A stretch of 64,000 nucleotides of DNA, from positions 25,172,001-25,236,000 of the forward strand of contig JANJGN010000026.1 of the NCBI GenBank assembly GCA_026770705.1, read 5' to 3'. The notes beneath the pieces are model-generated. The model saw only the letters and a program-made list of their open reading frames with translations, made no database searches and was not told the DNA's origin. Origin of the DNA: Isurus oxyrinchus (lineage: Eukaryota). Positions 1 through 13,798 of this stretch are shown in pieces; position 1 is the first letter of the stretch, and every line of letters starts with the position of its first letter. A program made the translations under genes and the position numbers.

Positions 1-329
1 ACAAGTGGACAGGTTTCTCAAGTTCTGCACTAAGAAACAAAGGTATGGTCCGCTGGCACCAGGTGGACGCAGATTACAATGACACTGGTTAATTGACGTG
101 ACAGGTTAGCTAGAAAAGTAAACAAGGAGGAGGGCGCTAAAAATCTGATAAGGAATACCGACAGATTACGTGAGTGGAAAAACCATAAAAGATTGACCAA
201 TTGAGAAACTATACAATTTGGGAGGGAAAATTAAAAAAAAACTAGGATATGGTAAAATTGTGAGAGGCTGGGAAGTGTTAGTAATCATTGGGAGCTGTGT
301 GCTCTGTAGGTCAAAGGAAGTTAATATGC

Positions 330-905
330 TGCCACAGCAATAAATTAGGAAAACAAATGGTCCGTTAGCCTTTCTTAACAATGGGTGATAGTTCAAGAGT
401 TAAGCAGTCTTTCTGCAATTGTATAGGGCCTTGGTGAGAATACCTAGAGCGCTGTGTACAGTTTTAGTCCCTTAGCTAAGGAAGGATATACTAGTCTTGG
501 AGGGAGTGCGACAAAGGTTGACTGGATTGATTTCTGGCATGAGGTGTTTGTCCCATGAGGGGAGGTTAATTCGACAGTGTGCATATTCAACGGAAATTCT
601 TAAGGGTATTGATAGAATAGATGCTGGGAGGAATTTACCCTGGCTGGGGAATCTAGAATTAGGGTTCACATTCCCAGAATAATGGGTCGAACATTTAGGA
701 CTGAAGTTTCTGCACCCCATTGAATGCTTAATGTTTACATATATAAAAGGTAAAGATCGATAGACTTTCGAATATAAAGAGAATTAAAGGATATAGGGAA
801 AGTGCAGGACTGTGGAATTGATACAGAAGATCAGCCATGTATTTATTGCTCAGTGGTGAAGACTCAAAGGATCGATAACCTAATCTATTCCTTTTTCTTA
901 AGTTT
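330..905 (+). mobile_element. Degraded CR1-type LINE 3' fragment
   Basis: Decayed CR1 ORF2 C-terminal motifs (YRALVR...CVQF...LEGVRQRLTGLISGM...ILKGIDRIDAG) followed by a CR1-like 3' tail; boundaries approximate. Confidence 0.65.
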
Positions 906-1869
906 TTATGTAGAACTGACTTATTATTTCTTCATCAAATAGAAGACGTGGTTTGGTGCAGTAATTAATGTCACAATGTCTCATACAATATAAAAACATT
1001 ATATGATGCAGTGCAACTGAAACAAAGGGTGACCTACTCCAATGCAGTAATAACAGCTCCCCGTGGGCGATGAACAGAAACTCCGTTTAGCTGCCACTAG
1101 CTGTCTACAGTTTTCCATAGCACCAGTACAGATCTGCCTTAACATTTCTACACATGCGTTTATTGTTAGCACTGATCCAAAGTTTGCTGTCTAACCATTG
1201 TGAAAATGGTGTTGACAGTTATTGTTTGTCACGTTATCAGATCAACACTGATCTACCACTGAATCACGTGCTGTGGGAGGTCAAAGTGGATTTAAAGTGC
1301 AACGAATTGCACATTAACTTTCCTGATTTGAGCACAGAAGGATCAGCGGTGGAGCAAAGCGTCTCGCATCAGAGTAACATATCTTTGATTGTTTTGGTTG
1401 AAGGAAGGAATGTCGACCAGGATATAGAGCAGGGCCCACCTCAACAGGCAAGGGTTGAAATGGGATTATTGGTTCATGATGTCACAAAAAGATAATGACC
1501 TTTCAGTACCCCGATTACAAGTCTGGTAATTATGTTCAGGTTCTGAAGTTGAGTTGCAATCCACAATCTGTTGATTTTGAAATCAGTCAAGTCACTTTAG
1601 CTGCTAAACTGCTGAAAGGTTTCATGTAACATGTAATACTTACAACTTTACCATGACATTCGGTAATGAAGTTGCTTTTAATAAGACAAATAACAATGTC
1701 AAGGTCAATGATTAATGCAATTTCAATGCATAAAATCCATGGAAGCTTACAGCAAAGAAAGAGACTGTTCATCCATCAGAATTGTGTCAGCTCTCCAGAA
1801 AAAGCTCTCCAATTAGTTCCACTCTCCTACTTTTTCTGTAAAGCCCTGCGCATTTTTTCAATTTCAAAT

Positions 1870-2250
1870 ATATGTATGATTTCCTTATGAAAGTTACAAA
1901 TGAATATGCTTCTATCGTCCTTTCCAGAAATACACTCAAGCTCATAACAATCGCTCAATTAAAAGATCTAATACTACTCTATGTTCCTTTACGAATTGTC
2001 GGAACTCTGGTTCTTCTGCCTACGGATCCTCCTGCCAGTGGAATTAATATCTCACCAACAACTCTTTCAAAAGCCTTCGTAAATTTAAACACCTCTATTA
2101 TATCACCCTTTGACATTCTCTGCTCCAAGAAGACCAATCCCAGTTTATCTAATTTTTTCATATAACTGAGGTCCCTCATCCCTGATACAATTCCCGTAAA
2201 TTTCTTCTCAACCTATTCCAAGACTGTGACATTCTTTGGAAAGTGTAGAT
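1870..2250 (-). mobile_element. Degraded CR1-type LINE 3' fragment
   Basis: Minus ORF 1979-2179 MRDLSYMKKLDKLGLVFLEQRMSKGDIIEVFK matches the CR1 ORF2 end motif (LSYEERL..LGLFSLE.RR.RGDLIEVFK). Confidence 0.65.
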
Positions 2251-3084
2251 TCAAATCAATTGCAAAATGTATATCCCCATAAATAATTTTTAATGAAGCA
2301 TACTTAGTTCAAATTAAGATGAGCAGTAGCAATAGGATATTACGTTGTCCTGTGTGCTCAACAAATTGGCTTCTCTCAAATTCAAATGTCAATAAGATCA
2401 CTTTCGCCACCTGATGAACACCTTCTGCTATAGGTCGCGGAGTTTATCTGAAATGACGCCGAATTCTATTCGCAACCATGTCCATTTATCGAGTGAATTT
2501 CACTCAGAGTGTCTCAGAGCAAATCACGAGGGGTAAGAGATCAAAGAATTAAGTGCCTTAGAGCCAATATTAAAGTTAAAAATTCTGAGAAATTTTCAAT
2601 GGGAAATTGTAAAGTTATTTAACAAGAAACTGGCAATGAAGAATGAAACCATTATGCCTCTGCTGGTGGAGTGGAATGAACAGCTATATTTAAGTTTCTT
2701 GTGACGGCATCTTGCTGATGCCATATTAAAAGTTGCTACAATGGATGCTAAGCGCATCGAAAGTGGACCACATTTGGCAGATATTTTCAATACACGATTG
2801 CAATATGGCGACTTTCTTCGTCAAGAGACCGACTTGCCCCTTTTACGCATATTTCCATTGCACTAGACAAACGCTCATTTGATCGAATCAGGGGAATGGT
2901 CTGGAGTAATATAAACGGAGACAGGGTCTAGTGTAATATAAATCTCGACACAGCATCTGATGTAATATAAATAATGACATGTTTTTATGCAGTAAATCTG
3001 GCGCAGGGCCTCGTGTAATGTAAAAATATTCCAAAAAAAATATTCTTATATAATCAACTATCGTTCCACAAGTGCAGCATTTGT

Positions 3085-3175
3085 GGCTCTGTGGCACAAT
3101 GGACAGCGCGTTAGACTTCTAGTTTTTGATAGCTAAGATATTCAAAGGTTGTGGGTTCGAATCCCGCCAGAGTCA
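3085..3175 (+). tRNA. tRNA-Arg-TCT: tRNA-Arg(TCT) gene with intron, probably non-functional
   Basis: GGCTCTGTGGCACAATGGACAGCGCGTTAGACT-TCT-A, intron of about 18 nt (3122-3139), then ATTCAAAGGTTGTGGGTTCGAATCCCGCCAGAGTCA and TTTT. Closely matches vertebrate intron-containing tRNA-Arg-TCT. A-C mismatches in the D and anticodon stems and a T5 run in the intron suggest a pseudogene. Confidence 0.88.
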
Positions 3176-4878
3176 AATTTTACGACAAAATTAAAGGCAA
3201 ACTCATCAATGATCGAAACTGAGAAATATTCTGTAGCAGGAATAACTCAAACAGGAACTGGTGCTGCCTAAAGCGAAGCGAGCTCAATGCTGGAATAATT
3301 GGGACCAGCTCTTCTGCGATATAAACAAATGATTCACCCACCGCAGGAATAAAGTAAGCCGTACTTCATATTATATTAACGGAGAAAGAGCCCCGATTTG
3401 TAAACAGAGAGCAATGCAGAAATAACTACGACAGGGAAACACGTATTACAAGCGGAGCTGGCCTAGTACACCAATAAGTGAGACAGAGTCTCGTGAAATA
3501 TGGTCCAGTGCAGTGATAACAAATGAAGGGTCCAGACCAGTATAAACTTAATACTTATACTAATCTAATAACTTACCTGGAGCAATATGTAACTCAGTAT
3601 ATTCTCTGGCCTAATTCCGCCAGAATCTGGTCCGAGAGAAGATTTCCATTTGCCTGACCTAACGAATCACCCCATTATCAACAATCTACTAAAATACAAT
3701 TATCTGAGGTCACATTGATTACCTCGATTAGGGGCAGCACCACCACGTCCACTTGACATTCAATGGCATGACCTACAGTGGATTCTCCGCCATTAACATC
3801 CTGAACTGTGCCCCCCACAACAGCACGTCACAGCTCGATGTTCTGCGTCGAGTGGTCCACCTCCAGGCTCCCAATCGTGACTGTGGTATGTGGAGTCCAG
3901 AGGATGGGCTGCAGGGACACACCAAGTCTTCTTTGGAAGTATTTCCCAAACCAATGATCCCAATCACTCAGAAGGGCAGCGGGTGCCTGGGAAAACACCC
4001 GCAATCCCCTCCAAACCATATCCCATTCCAACTTGTAAATATGTTGCTGGTCCTTCATTGTCCCTGGGGTCTAATTTTGTAACACCCTTGCTAAAGACAC
4101 CGTGGGTACACCTTTAGCTGCTGTGAATCGTGAAGGCTGCTCACCACCACCTTCTCAGTGGCAAAGAGAAATTTGCACTAAATGCCGGCCTTGTTCGCGA
4201 TTCCCACATCCGAGAATTATTGTGTAGCAATGCGAGAAACAGCGGGCGCAGAATGACAAACACCAGGGGCTATCTTACACGATTTCTGTCATTCGTTCTT
4301 TCGTTCACTTATATTTGTGCACTTCCCTTTCGTTTTTCTTCTTTCTCTATATCAGTCTTTCTCTTTTATCTCCCACTTCTCTTGCGTACTCTCATACGTT
4401 AATTCTCTTTCTGTTTTTGCAATATGAATGGCTTTCTACAATTGTCTTGCTTGACACGAGTATTATTGTTTGAGCAAGAGGGACGAGGCAGCGATGCTGG
4501 GGTGAAGCATCACACACAAACCCTGCCCAGCGTAGTGGCAGCCATAGGAAGAGACGTGTTTTGGTTAGAGGTATGACCCAAGTCAGTATGTTCCATCAGC
4601 AGCTCCATTTGATGTCGGTGCAAAGGCCTGGTTTGTGGAGAGGGGGCAACGCAGAATTTGCAGCCAGCAGTTCGCCCATCATCCACCTCGCCAATGTTGT
4701 GAATGGGAGACATGAAACCGTGGGTTGATCTGTTTGTTTACTGAACTGGAACTAAGGTGCATGTTGTAACTTAATTGTCCCTCTGGAGAATCTCATTCGG
4801 AATAAATGAAGGACGCTTTGAATACCTCACAGAACTAAAGTATACAGCTTCGGGAATCCATTTCGTTTCTGGGAGACC

Positions 4879-6764
4879 ATGCACGGACCAGATAGGCCTA
4901 TTCTTTGCCCTTTGCTATCCCATTCTCGCTGTTATTGGTGCCCCTGGTAAGTGATGGATCTCAAATAAGTAATTTATAATTTTTTGCAATCTCCAGAAAG
5001 TTTGTCTCGTCCCTGTCAGGGTCGGGATGATTTTTTTCTCTAATGTTCAGTGCTGTCAGACTGTTATGGGCCTCAGCCGGGTTCCGATGCCTTATATGGG
5101 ATTATACTGTGTTAGGGTGAATTATACAGCATAACTTGTATTTGCATTGTGCAGCATTACAATGTGCTATTCAACTGATTTATAGGAATACCGTTTATTG
5201 GATTGCTGAAATATGAATTGCAATGTGTGGCTTTGCATGAACATTAACCTGTTGTATCGTTGAACACTTATTTTAAAGTAGTCAAATGCAATCTAATGTT
5301 TTAAGTGTTGTGCAGAATAAAAGCATATCACAGTGTAGTAACATATATTTTCGTGCACGTATCTTACGGCAGCATCAGGAAACGAATTACAGTGAAATCA
5401 TTATATTAGATGAATTGCAATATAAGAATAAGTTTAGTAACTACACTAAAGTACTTTTCAACCAGTGAAAGAATATAATAGTTACAGTACAGTGAGTTCC
5501 CACTGGACAATGCTGATTGTTAGTGTAACCTTAGCAATTCATTATGGAAACGTTTGAAAGGTGTTAGTGGAGATTCGAAGTTGTTGACCTATTATGTATT
5601 TTGCTTTTTGCTTGTTGGTTTTGCACGTTTTGAATAATGTTTTAATCATCCGCGGGGTGTGGCTGTAACCGGCAAGGTTAAAGTTTATCGCTCATCTTTA
5701 TTTCTCACTTGAAAGGAGGAGTTGCGTTTGTTTCTTCAGTCACTGCAGTGCATATGGTGGGGATGCTTCACAGTAAATGGTTGGATTTGGCAGTAGCTGT
5801 TGTTTGGAGTCCGCTCAGTAACATCTCTCCTGATTTCTCATAGCCAACTTGCTGGGGATCGTAATTTTATGCCGAAGACGGCGTGGACTCTCCCGCTGCA
5901 TCACATACTATCTGATGGCAATAACAGTGAGCGATTTCCTGGTCATCATCACCGCCGTCATCCTCAACTGGATCGGCCGCATCGAATTTCAGGACAGTGT
6001 CCTGTCCACCACTCCCGCATGCGCACTCAGCAATGTCTTTGTCATCCGGGAGGGCTCAGTCTGGCTGACTGTGGCTTTCACCATCGATCGTTTCTTGGTC
6101 ATCTGCTGTCAGAGTCTGAAGGCCAGATACTGCACCGAGAAAACTGCGTTGCTGGTTATAGGACTGGTCAGTGCCCTGAGCTGCGTGAGGAACATCCCTT
6201 ATTACTTCACCTACCAGCCTTTGTACATCCAGGACGAGGTGCCCTGGTTCTGCGACCTCAAGTCCACCTATTACACTTTGCCCATCTGGCAAGCCTACGA
6301 CTGGCTAGACCATAGCTTAACTCCATTCCTCCCGTTCCTCCTCATTCTGCTGCTCAACGGCCTGAACGTAAGGCACATTTCAGCGACCAGCAGAGCCCGC
6401 AGTAGACTCTGGGGCTCCAAGAGTCATGGAGACGCGGAGATGGTCAATCACAAGAGGTCCATTGTCCTGCTTTTCGCCATCTCGCTCAGCTTCCTCCTCC
6501 TCCGCCATCTATCTCGGACATTTCCTCTATGTGCGGATCACAGGCGAGGGCTACATCACCAGCCTGGATTTCAATGACCCACGGTACATCCTTCAGGAGA
6601 CAACCAACATGCTCCAGTTAGTCAGCTCCTGCAGCAACGTCTTCATCTACGCGGTGGCCCAGAGCAAGTTCCGGGAAGAGCTGAAGAAGGTGCTAATGTG
6701 TCCTTTCACCGCGGTCACTGGTTGTTTCAAACAGTTAAAACACCGTAAAACATCCTCACATTAA
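4879..6764 (+). pseudogene. Class A orphan GPCR, GPR139/GPR142-like, two exons, frameshifted
   Basis: Exon 1 4879-4946 (ATG CAC GGA CCA ... IGLFFALCYPILAVIGAP, GT donor at 4947, frameshift after codon 4). Exon 2 from 5844 (catAG acceptor; ANLLGIVILCR, YLMAITVSDFLVII, FTIDRFLVIC, TPFLPFLLILLLN, KRSIVLLFAISLSFLLL). Second frameshift near 6500, then LQLVSSCSNVFIYAVAQSKFREEL to the stop at 6764. Confidence 0.85.
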
Positions 6765-6800
6765 TTCACTTCCAACACAGTGGTTCAATGCGTAGCAGCA

Positions 6801-6908
6801 CTCTCTCTCTCTCTCTCTCGCTCTCTCTTTCACCCTCTCTTTTTCTCTTTCTCTCTCTCTCTCTCCACCCCCCCCCCCCCCCCCCCGCCCCCCACTCTCT
6901 CTCTTTCT
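6801..6908. repeat. (CT)n / poly-C microsatellite
   Basis: Directly visible CT and C runs. Confidence 0.9.
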
Positions 6909-7854
6909 CCAGAACCACAAAGTCCTGGGCTGCAGCTCCCTTACTTGAGAGATGTCATGCCCATACTCTAGTGCCGGCAGTGCCCCTGTAGCCCTGAATG
7001 AATATTGAACTGACGCACTTGCTGCCTTCCTGGCTGAGATAAGAAACAACTGCGAGTATCTGCCTTCTCATGTGGAATGTGAATACCCCACGGTCGCAAT
7101 TTCAAAAATGAGCTGGAAGAGCTTTCTCCAGGTTCCTATAATATTTGTCCTTCATTTAACACCATTGAAACCAGTGACCTGCTTATTTTTCCTTTTACAT
7201 TTGTGGAATCTTGCTCTGTGAACATTTGCTGACGTGTTTCATACATTACACTGGGGGAAACACTCGATTGGCAGGAAAGCACTTTGGGAAATCCTGAGGC
7301 CGTTTTTTCATCTTTATATATGTTTCTTTCTTTCTTTCCTTCTTTCTCTCTTTTTTACTTACTTTCTTTCTTTCTTGATTTATTCCTCCCACTTAACAGA
7401 CACAATTTCCACTAATGTTACTCTTAACACTTAAAACAAAGTATTCGATGGGATGGGAAGTGCTTTTTAAGCAGTGAATTGTGATCTGGATTCTGCTGCC
7501 TGATAGGGAGCCGGACGCATGTTGAATTGTAAATTTCAAAAGTTAATTTAACAAACAGTAGAGGGACATCTTGTTAAGAACAAGTAACTATAACTAACTG
7601 GCTTGCTCTTTCAGAGATCCGGCATACACGCCGTGACCAACTGATCTGCTCCTTTGCCTTTTGGTTATAAACTGCGATATTCGCGACCTCAGGCCACCCA
7701 AATCATCTTTCTTAGTGAATAAAGTGTTCCTTTTTTTGAGAAACGCTGCAACAAATTTGTGCAGCGGCAGGTCCCTCATCTCATTCTTATCACCGAAAGG
7801 CATCCACCTGTTCGTCGTTGTTTGCGGTGAGGGGCTTATCTTATTAAAAAATCG

Positions 7855-8420
7855 TGAATAGTTTGAATCAATGGCCAGTAGATTTTAGAAGAATGAGAGG
7901 TGATCTTACTGCAACATATAGGATCCTGAGGTGGAGGACGGCAGTGGGGGTGGTGGGGGTGTGGGTGTGTGGGTGGGGGGGGGGAGGTGGTTTGGAGGGT
8001 TGGAGGGGAAGGGGGGTGGTGGGGCGTTGTGGGGTTGTGGGATGGTGTGGTGCGTCTTGACAGGGCGGACACTGGGAGGATGTTTACACTTGTGGGAGTG
8101 ACCACAACTAGGGGGCAGAGTTTAAGAATAAGAGGCCTACCTTTAAGATGGAGATGAGTAGATTTGTTCTTCTCTCAGAGGGTCGTTAGTATGTGAAATT
8201 CACTTTCCAAGAAGGCAGTGGAGACTGAGTAATAAATGTATTCAAGGGTGAATTATATTGTGCTAACGGCATGAGTTAGACAGATTTTTTGATAGACAGG
8301 GGTTTTAAGGTGCAGACGGGAAAGTGGAGTTGAGACCACAAGCAGATCAGCTATGTAACGTATGGAATGGTGGATTCGGCCCCAAGGGCTGAATGGTTTA
8401 CCCCTGCTCCTCAGCCCCAT
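7855..8420 (+). mobile_element. CR1-type LINE 3' end with internal G-rich expansion
   Basis: FRRMRGDLTATYRILR ... LDRADTGRMFTLVGVTTTRGQSLRIRG and a typical 3' UTR ending GGGCTGAATGGTTTACCCCTGCTCCT. Confidence 0.75.
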
Positions 8421-8965
8421 GGTCGTATTTTCAATGTTTGGCGAGAGAGTGTGGATGGCTTTGGGAGGATTGAAGCACAGAATGACAATGACATGGTCTG
8501 GTGTAATATAAACAGCGACATGGAGCGGTCTAGTGTGATAGGAACTAAACAATTGTCCAGCACAACATGAACAGAGCCAAAATATGTCCTGACATATTCA
8601 CAAGATAAGATCTAATCTCATCAAAGCTGGTGCGGTTTAATGTAATAGGGACAAGATCTGATAAGTCAATAGCAAAGATAGAAACTAATCAAATATAAAA
8701 GTGGACATCATTAATTGAAAACTGAGAAAGGCACTTGCATTATATAAACAGAGACACGCTCAAGTACAATCATCATTGAAAACGGATTGTGGGTAAGTTA
8801 AACCAAGGCATTGCCGTGCACAGTATGAAATAAGGCCGTGTCTACTGTGATATTACAAGTAACATGCTTTTGCAAGCATTCAGGATGATGTGTTTCGTGC
8901 TTTGTATACACATGTACTCTACATTCGACATGAGCAAACATGCATAATGCAACACATGCGCACAT

Positions 8966-9100
8966 NNNNNNNNNNNNNNNNNNNNNNNNNNNNNNNNNNN
9001 NNNNNNNNNNNNNNNNNNNNNNNNNNNNNNNNNNNNNNNNNNNNNNNNNNNNNNNNNNNNNNNNNNNNNNNNNNNNNNNNNNNNNNNNNNNNNNNNNNNN
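8966..9100. other. Assembly gap (135 N) in CA-rich simple repeat
   Basis: Run of N flanked by CA-rich sequence. Confidence 0.99.
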
Positions 9101-10034
9101 ACAGACACACACACACGCGCACCTACTCACAATCTCACACACACACACACACAGAATTGGTAGCGCACACTCAGAGATTGTTAAAAGATTAACCCCAAAT
9201 TTTCAACGCAACATTACATCCTTAGGATCTCAGAAAATGCTAAGTCTCAACTAATTTTCAAATATACTCGATATTGTAATGCATGAAATGTTATTTAAAC
9301 AGAAGGAGGCGGCAATGTACAATAGTTTGCGGTTAATAATAAATATATGGTCAATAATAATAATTAATTATGTCACAAAATGATCAACATATCCCAACAA
9401 TTCAGATTACGAAATTGCTCGTCCTTTTCTTTTGACTACCCGGTGCCACTGGGCCAAAGTCTACTGTATAATTCTTCTTTGCCACAACACCTGCAATTTA
9501 TGTACAAACTCTTGCCCTGAATGTGCCATTCTATGAAGTGAAGTGTCACGGAACAGGGACATTTCCTGTAATCTCTATCTGTGACCCGTGACACAGGTGA
9601 ACTGAATGTTGTGCAAGTTTTAGCCAAAGCTGAAGTGCTGGAGCGCCATCCAGTGGTAACCTGCGGAAAACAATGATCCTTAATTTCTACTCGAATATTG
9701 CTGCATGATTTTCCTGAAGTATTATTACGTCAGATTATTATGAATGTTATTACTTTGATTTTATTATTAGCATAACTTGTCTGTTTATTATTTTCCATTT
9801 TCTGCCGTTGCTCTTTTGCAGAAATTGTGAGATTATTTGGCTGAGTCCTCCCCTGGGCCTATTTGATTAACACAATATATGCTCATTTGCAATGACATTA
9901 ATAATTCCACCATTATAAGGTTGGATTGCAAATTCATAAATACGCATAAGTCTTCCTACTTCCCTAATCATTAAAGGTGGACACAAATCACAATTGAACA
10001 GGTCCATGAATGAAGGGTGATGGATATTTTGCTA

Positions 10035-10037
<3 letters not shown>

Positions 10038-10078
<41 letters not shown>

Positions 10079-10098
10079 TGTGTGTGTATGTTTGTGTG
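10038..10098. repeat. (TG)n microsatellite
   Basis: Directly visible. Confidence 0.9.
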
Positions 10099-10444
10099 CA
10101 GTGTAACACACCACAGAGTTTGACAGCTGAACAGTGTTAACAGTAAGAGTGGTGGAGCCTTTCTCACAGTCCTTAGATACTTTAAATCTCTCTCAACCCT
10201 TTCATCCCTGTATTTGATGGTAAGACACATGGGAGCTTGATTGGGGAAATGTCAGTACAAGAGTCAAATTTCTGACCTGAAAGTTCTCCGAAACATCGAT
10301 ATCTGAAATCTCTCCGAGTGACAAGGAGCAGCTGCCAAAACAACAATAAAATCAACTTAATGATATTTGAAAGCAGAAGTAAATGAATTGCCTGTGGATT
10401 TCAGCAATAAAAATTGATCTATCTAGCTATCTATCTATTTGTCT

Positions 10445-11700
10445 ATAGCAGACTGGTTCTGCTCCTGGCATGCCCTCTTGCATTTTTCATTGAACCAAGG
10501 TTGATCCCCTGGCTTAATGGTAATGGTAGACTGGCGGATATGCCGAGCCATGAGGTTACAAATTGTGCTCGAGTACAATTCTGCTGCTGCTGATAGCCCA
10601 CAGAGCCTCATGAATGCTCTGTCTTGAGTTGCTAGATCTGTTCGCAATCTATCCCATTTAGCACGTGGTGCTAGTGCCACATAATACAATGCAGGGTATC
10701 CTCAATGTCAAGGCGGGTCTTTGTCTCCACAATGACTGTGAGGTGGTCACTTCTACCGATACTGTCATGCACAGATCCACCTACGCCAGGCAGGTTGATG
10801 AGGATGAGGTCAAGTCTGTTTTTCCCTCTTTTTGGCTCCCTCACCACCTGCCGCAGACCCAGTCTAGCAGTTGCGTCATTTAGGACTTGGCCAGCTCAGT
10901 CAGTAGTGGTGCTACCGAGCCATTCTTGGTGATGGACATTGAAGTAACTCGCCCAGAGTACATTCTGTGCCCTTGTTCACCATGGAGGAGCACTGATTCA
11001 TCAGCTAATGGACGGAGGTACGTAGTAACCAGCAGGAGGTTTCCTTGCCCATGTTTGACCTGATTCCATGAGACTTCATGGGGCCCAGAGCCGATGTTAA
11101 GTGCTCCCAGGACAACTCTCGACTGTATACAACTGTGCCGCCACCTCTGCTGGGCCTGCCCTCTCGGCGGTTTTGGTGCCTGCGACATTATCCATGAGGT
11201 ATGATTCCATGAGGATTATCAGCTTATGTCAGGCTGATGCTTGACTAGACCATAAGGCAGCTCTCTCAATTTTGGCACGAGCCCCCAGCTGTCTGTAAGG
11301 AGGATATTTTAGGGTCGACAGGACTGAGGTTGTGTTGTTGTTTCCGGTACCTAGGTCAATACCAGGTGGTTCGTCTGGTTTCATTCCTTTTTTTGTGACT
11401 TTGTGACCTTGTTTACAGCTGAGTGGCTTGCTCGACCATTTCAGAGGGCATTTGAGCCAACCACATCGCTGTGGGTCTGGAGTCACATGTCGGCCAGAGC
11501 AGGTAAGAGCGACAGATTTCCTTCCCGAAAGGGCATTAGTGAACCAGATGGGTTTTTTACAACAATCAATAACGGTTTCACTGTCGTTATCAGACTTTTA
11601 ATTCCAGATTTTTATTGAATTAAAATTCCACCATCTGCTGTGGTGGGATTCGAACCCGGTTCCCTAGGGCATCACCCTGGGTCTCCGGAATACTCTGGAT
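10445..11700 (-). mobile_element. Non-LTR retrotransposon (CR1/L2-superfamily), 5' and endonuclease region, degraded
   Basis: Minus-strand fragments EVSWNQVKHGQGNLLLVTTYLRP and ITIKPGDQPWFNEKCKRA. A tRNA-like head (GGTTCGAATCCC) lies at about 11640-11660. Related copy at 46545-47380. Confidence 0.7.
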
Positions 11701-13322
11701 CAAAAATGACGAATGGGCCTCAAGTGATGATGTGAGGCAAATTGCGCTTCAGCGGTTTCCGCAATTTGACTAATACGGAAAAGCGACAACCTCTTGTGTA
11801 GTGATTTACTGTGGCTATCTGCCTGTGTACACTTGTCTATAAGTGTATGTTTATCTCTCTGCATCTGTCCGGATTTCCAGGTGAGGCTTGTGCTGTCCAG
11901 CAGAGGGCGCTCTCTGATCACTTGATAATGATAATGAACATGGACCCCAGCGGCAGGAAGTGCTTGTTCAGAGAGATACAAATGGAGAAGGCATCCCCGC
12001 GGACCTGTTCGGATCTCTGCGACGTTTTACTTTCTATTCCCTAGTGATAAAAATTTCTGATTCTGGAGTTCAGACTGGAACCATGGAGGTGAAACTTTGC
12101 CTGGCTTCAGTCAAAGTCCTCATCACTGGTCAGTGACATTGGGACCTTGCTACAATATTCCCCCATCTTTGTATAATTTTCCAACTCCATCCCCGGTGTT
12201 GTTTCGCCAAACCCATCGTGTGCTGCCTGTTTATTATCAGTGATGGGTAACGGGGATTCAGTGTCCCAGCCAAAACCAGAAGTGGGATCAGAAGAGTACC
12301 CGGGAAATTACATAGAAAGTAAAGTAGAAAATACATCCTGATCTGATCGGGATTCTCCAGCTGAATTCATTGCTTTCAGTCTTAGGAAAAGTGAAATTTC
12401 TCAATCATTTTAAGTTAGGGTCGAATTCAGACATTTCAACCCGCAGTGTTCGCAGAAACCTGTCAATTTCTGAATAAATACCAGAGTCAACTTCTGCACG
12501 TGTCAATTTTTGAGTCTGATGTAGGGAATTCAGTTCATGTTTTAAAGGTATCTCATCATTACACAGTAATGTTCATTTAATCGTGCCCCTCATCCCCTCC
12601 CCCTCTGGTTGGTAATGGAGCTCATTGGCTTTGGCAGTGCACTCAGTGACTCAGAACGATTTCCATTATATTCCGCTTCACATGTCACCAAGGGGGTTGG
12701 GGCGGATATAGAAAGAAAGGGAAATAAAAATTGTGTGTTAAGCAGGTAGTGTGAGACAGAGGTGAAAGGAGAAACAGTGAAAGAAATATATGGAGAGAGA
12801 GGAGGGAGAAAGATAACTGGCCAGGCAAAGTGAGTGACAGCACACAAAAAAGACAGAGAGAGGGAGTGCGAGAGAAAACGGGAGAGAGGTAGAGATAGAG
12901 AGTGAGTGTCAGAGAGAAAGAGAGACGGGGTGGGGGGAGATGGAAGGAAGGGGAGAGATAGAGGGAGTTGCAAACATAAAGTCAAAGAGAGACAGAGGCA
13001 GAGTTAAAGAGATGGATTGATGTTGAAGCATTGATAGGGACAGAGAAAGCGAGAGGCAAACAGTCAGAGAATCTCACTCACACAGCTGGACAAGGAACTG
13101 ATTGGACTGGAGACATCAATAATTAGCCAGCAACTAGCACTAGTTGGTGTACGTTTATAGGCAGCTCTGAAAGACGAGCCAATCCCATGACAAAGAAAAG
13201 CCCTGCATTCTCAGAATGAGCGGAATAAACACCTTCCCTAAATGTACTCTTTAATATCAGATCAGAAGAGTCAACATATTTAAACAATCTGTTATTCTCC
13301 AGCATTGTTTAAACCAGACATC

Positions 13323-13798
13323 ATGTGCTCCCCGTATCTCCTGCTGATAAGAATAGCTGTGCTGCCTCGTGAGTGTATGTTGAAATGATCAGTTTCTGTT
13401 CCACTGGTTATATTTACTCGCTGAATTCTGACACATTTTGTGTTTTTGTTATAGGAACGAGTGACCAAGATTTAATGTCTAAGGAAACGCCTAAATTTAC
13501 GGTTCAAGAAGGGCAGACCCTGATACTAACTACAGATACTCCACGTCCTGTAGCTTTTCCTATCTCTACCGGTACATCCAGTCTCCCCGGGGAGCCCTGC
13601 GATGTTTACTGAAGAGATTCGGCAAGGGACAGGGAGTTAAGCCTCCAGGTTTCCTTGACCTGTTCTTTGCTGTTTTGGACAAAGACAAAAGAAAAAACAA
13701 CCTGTTCTCTCAACAGTTCCCCGATCTCCAGTCTCTCACTGCTGTGTATTACCGTGGGCTGCGCTTCACTGTTACAAAGGAGCTCTCTCACAAAAACC
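13323..13798 (+). pseudogene. TCR alpha/delta V pseudogene (family A)
   Basis: Leader MCSPYLLLIRIAVLP 13323-13368 with GT donor. V exon from 13455 (GTSDQDLMSKETPKFTVQEGQTLIL) with frameshifts and no Cys23 or Cys104. RSS CACTGTT-16 bp-ACAAAAACC at 13767-13798 has a shortened spacer. Confidence 0.85.

Noticed and set aside
8798-9254. ORFs spanning the N gap
   Set aside because: Artefacts of translating N's and CA repeats.
11846-11886. Possible V leader exon ATGTTTATC...CCAG|GTGAGG
   Set aside because: Too short, poorly hydrophobic, and no V exon or RSS downstream.
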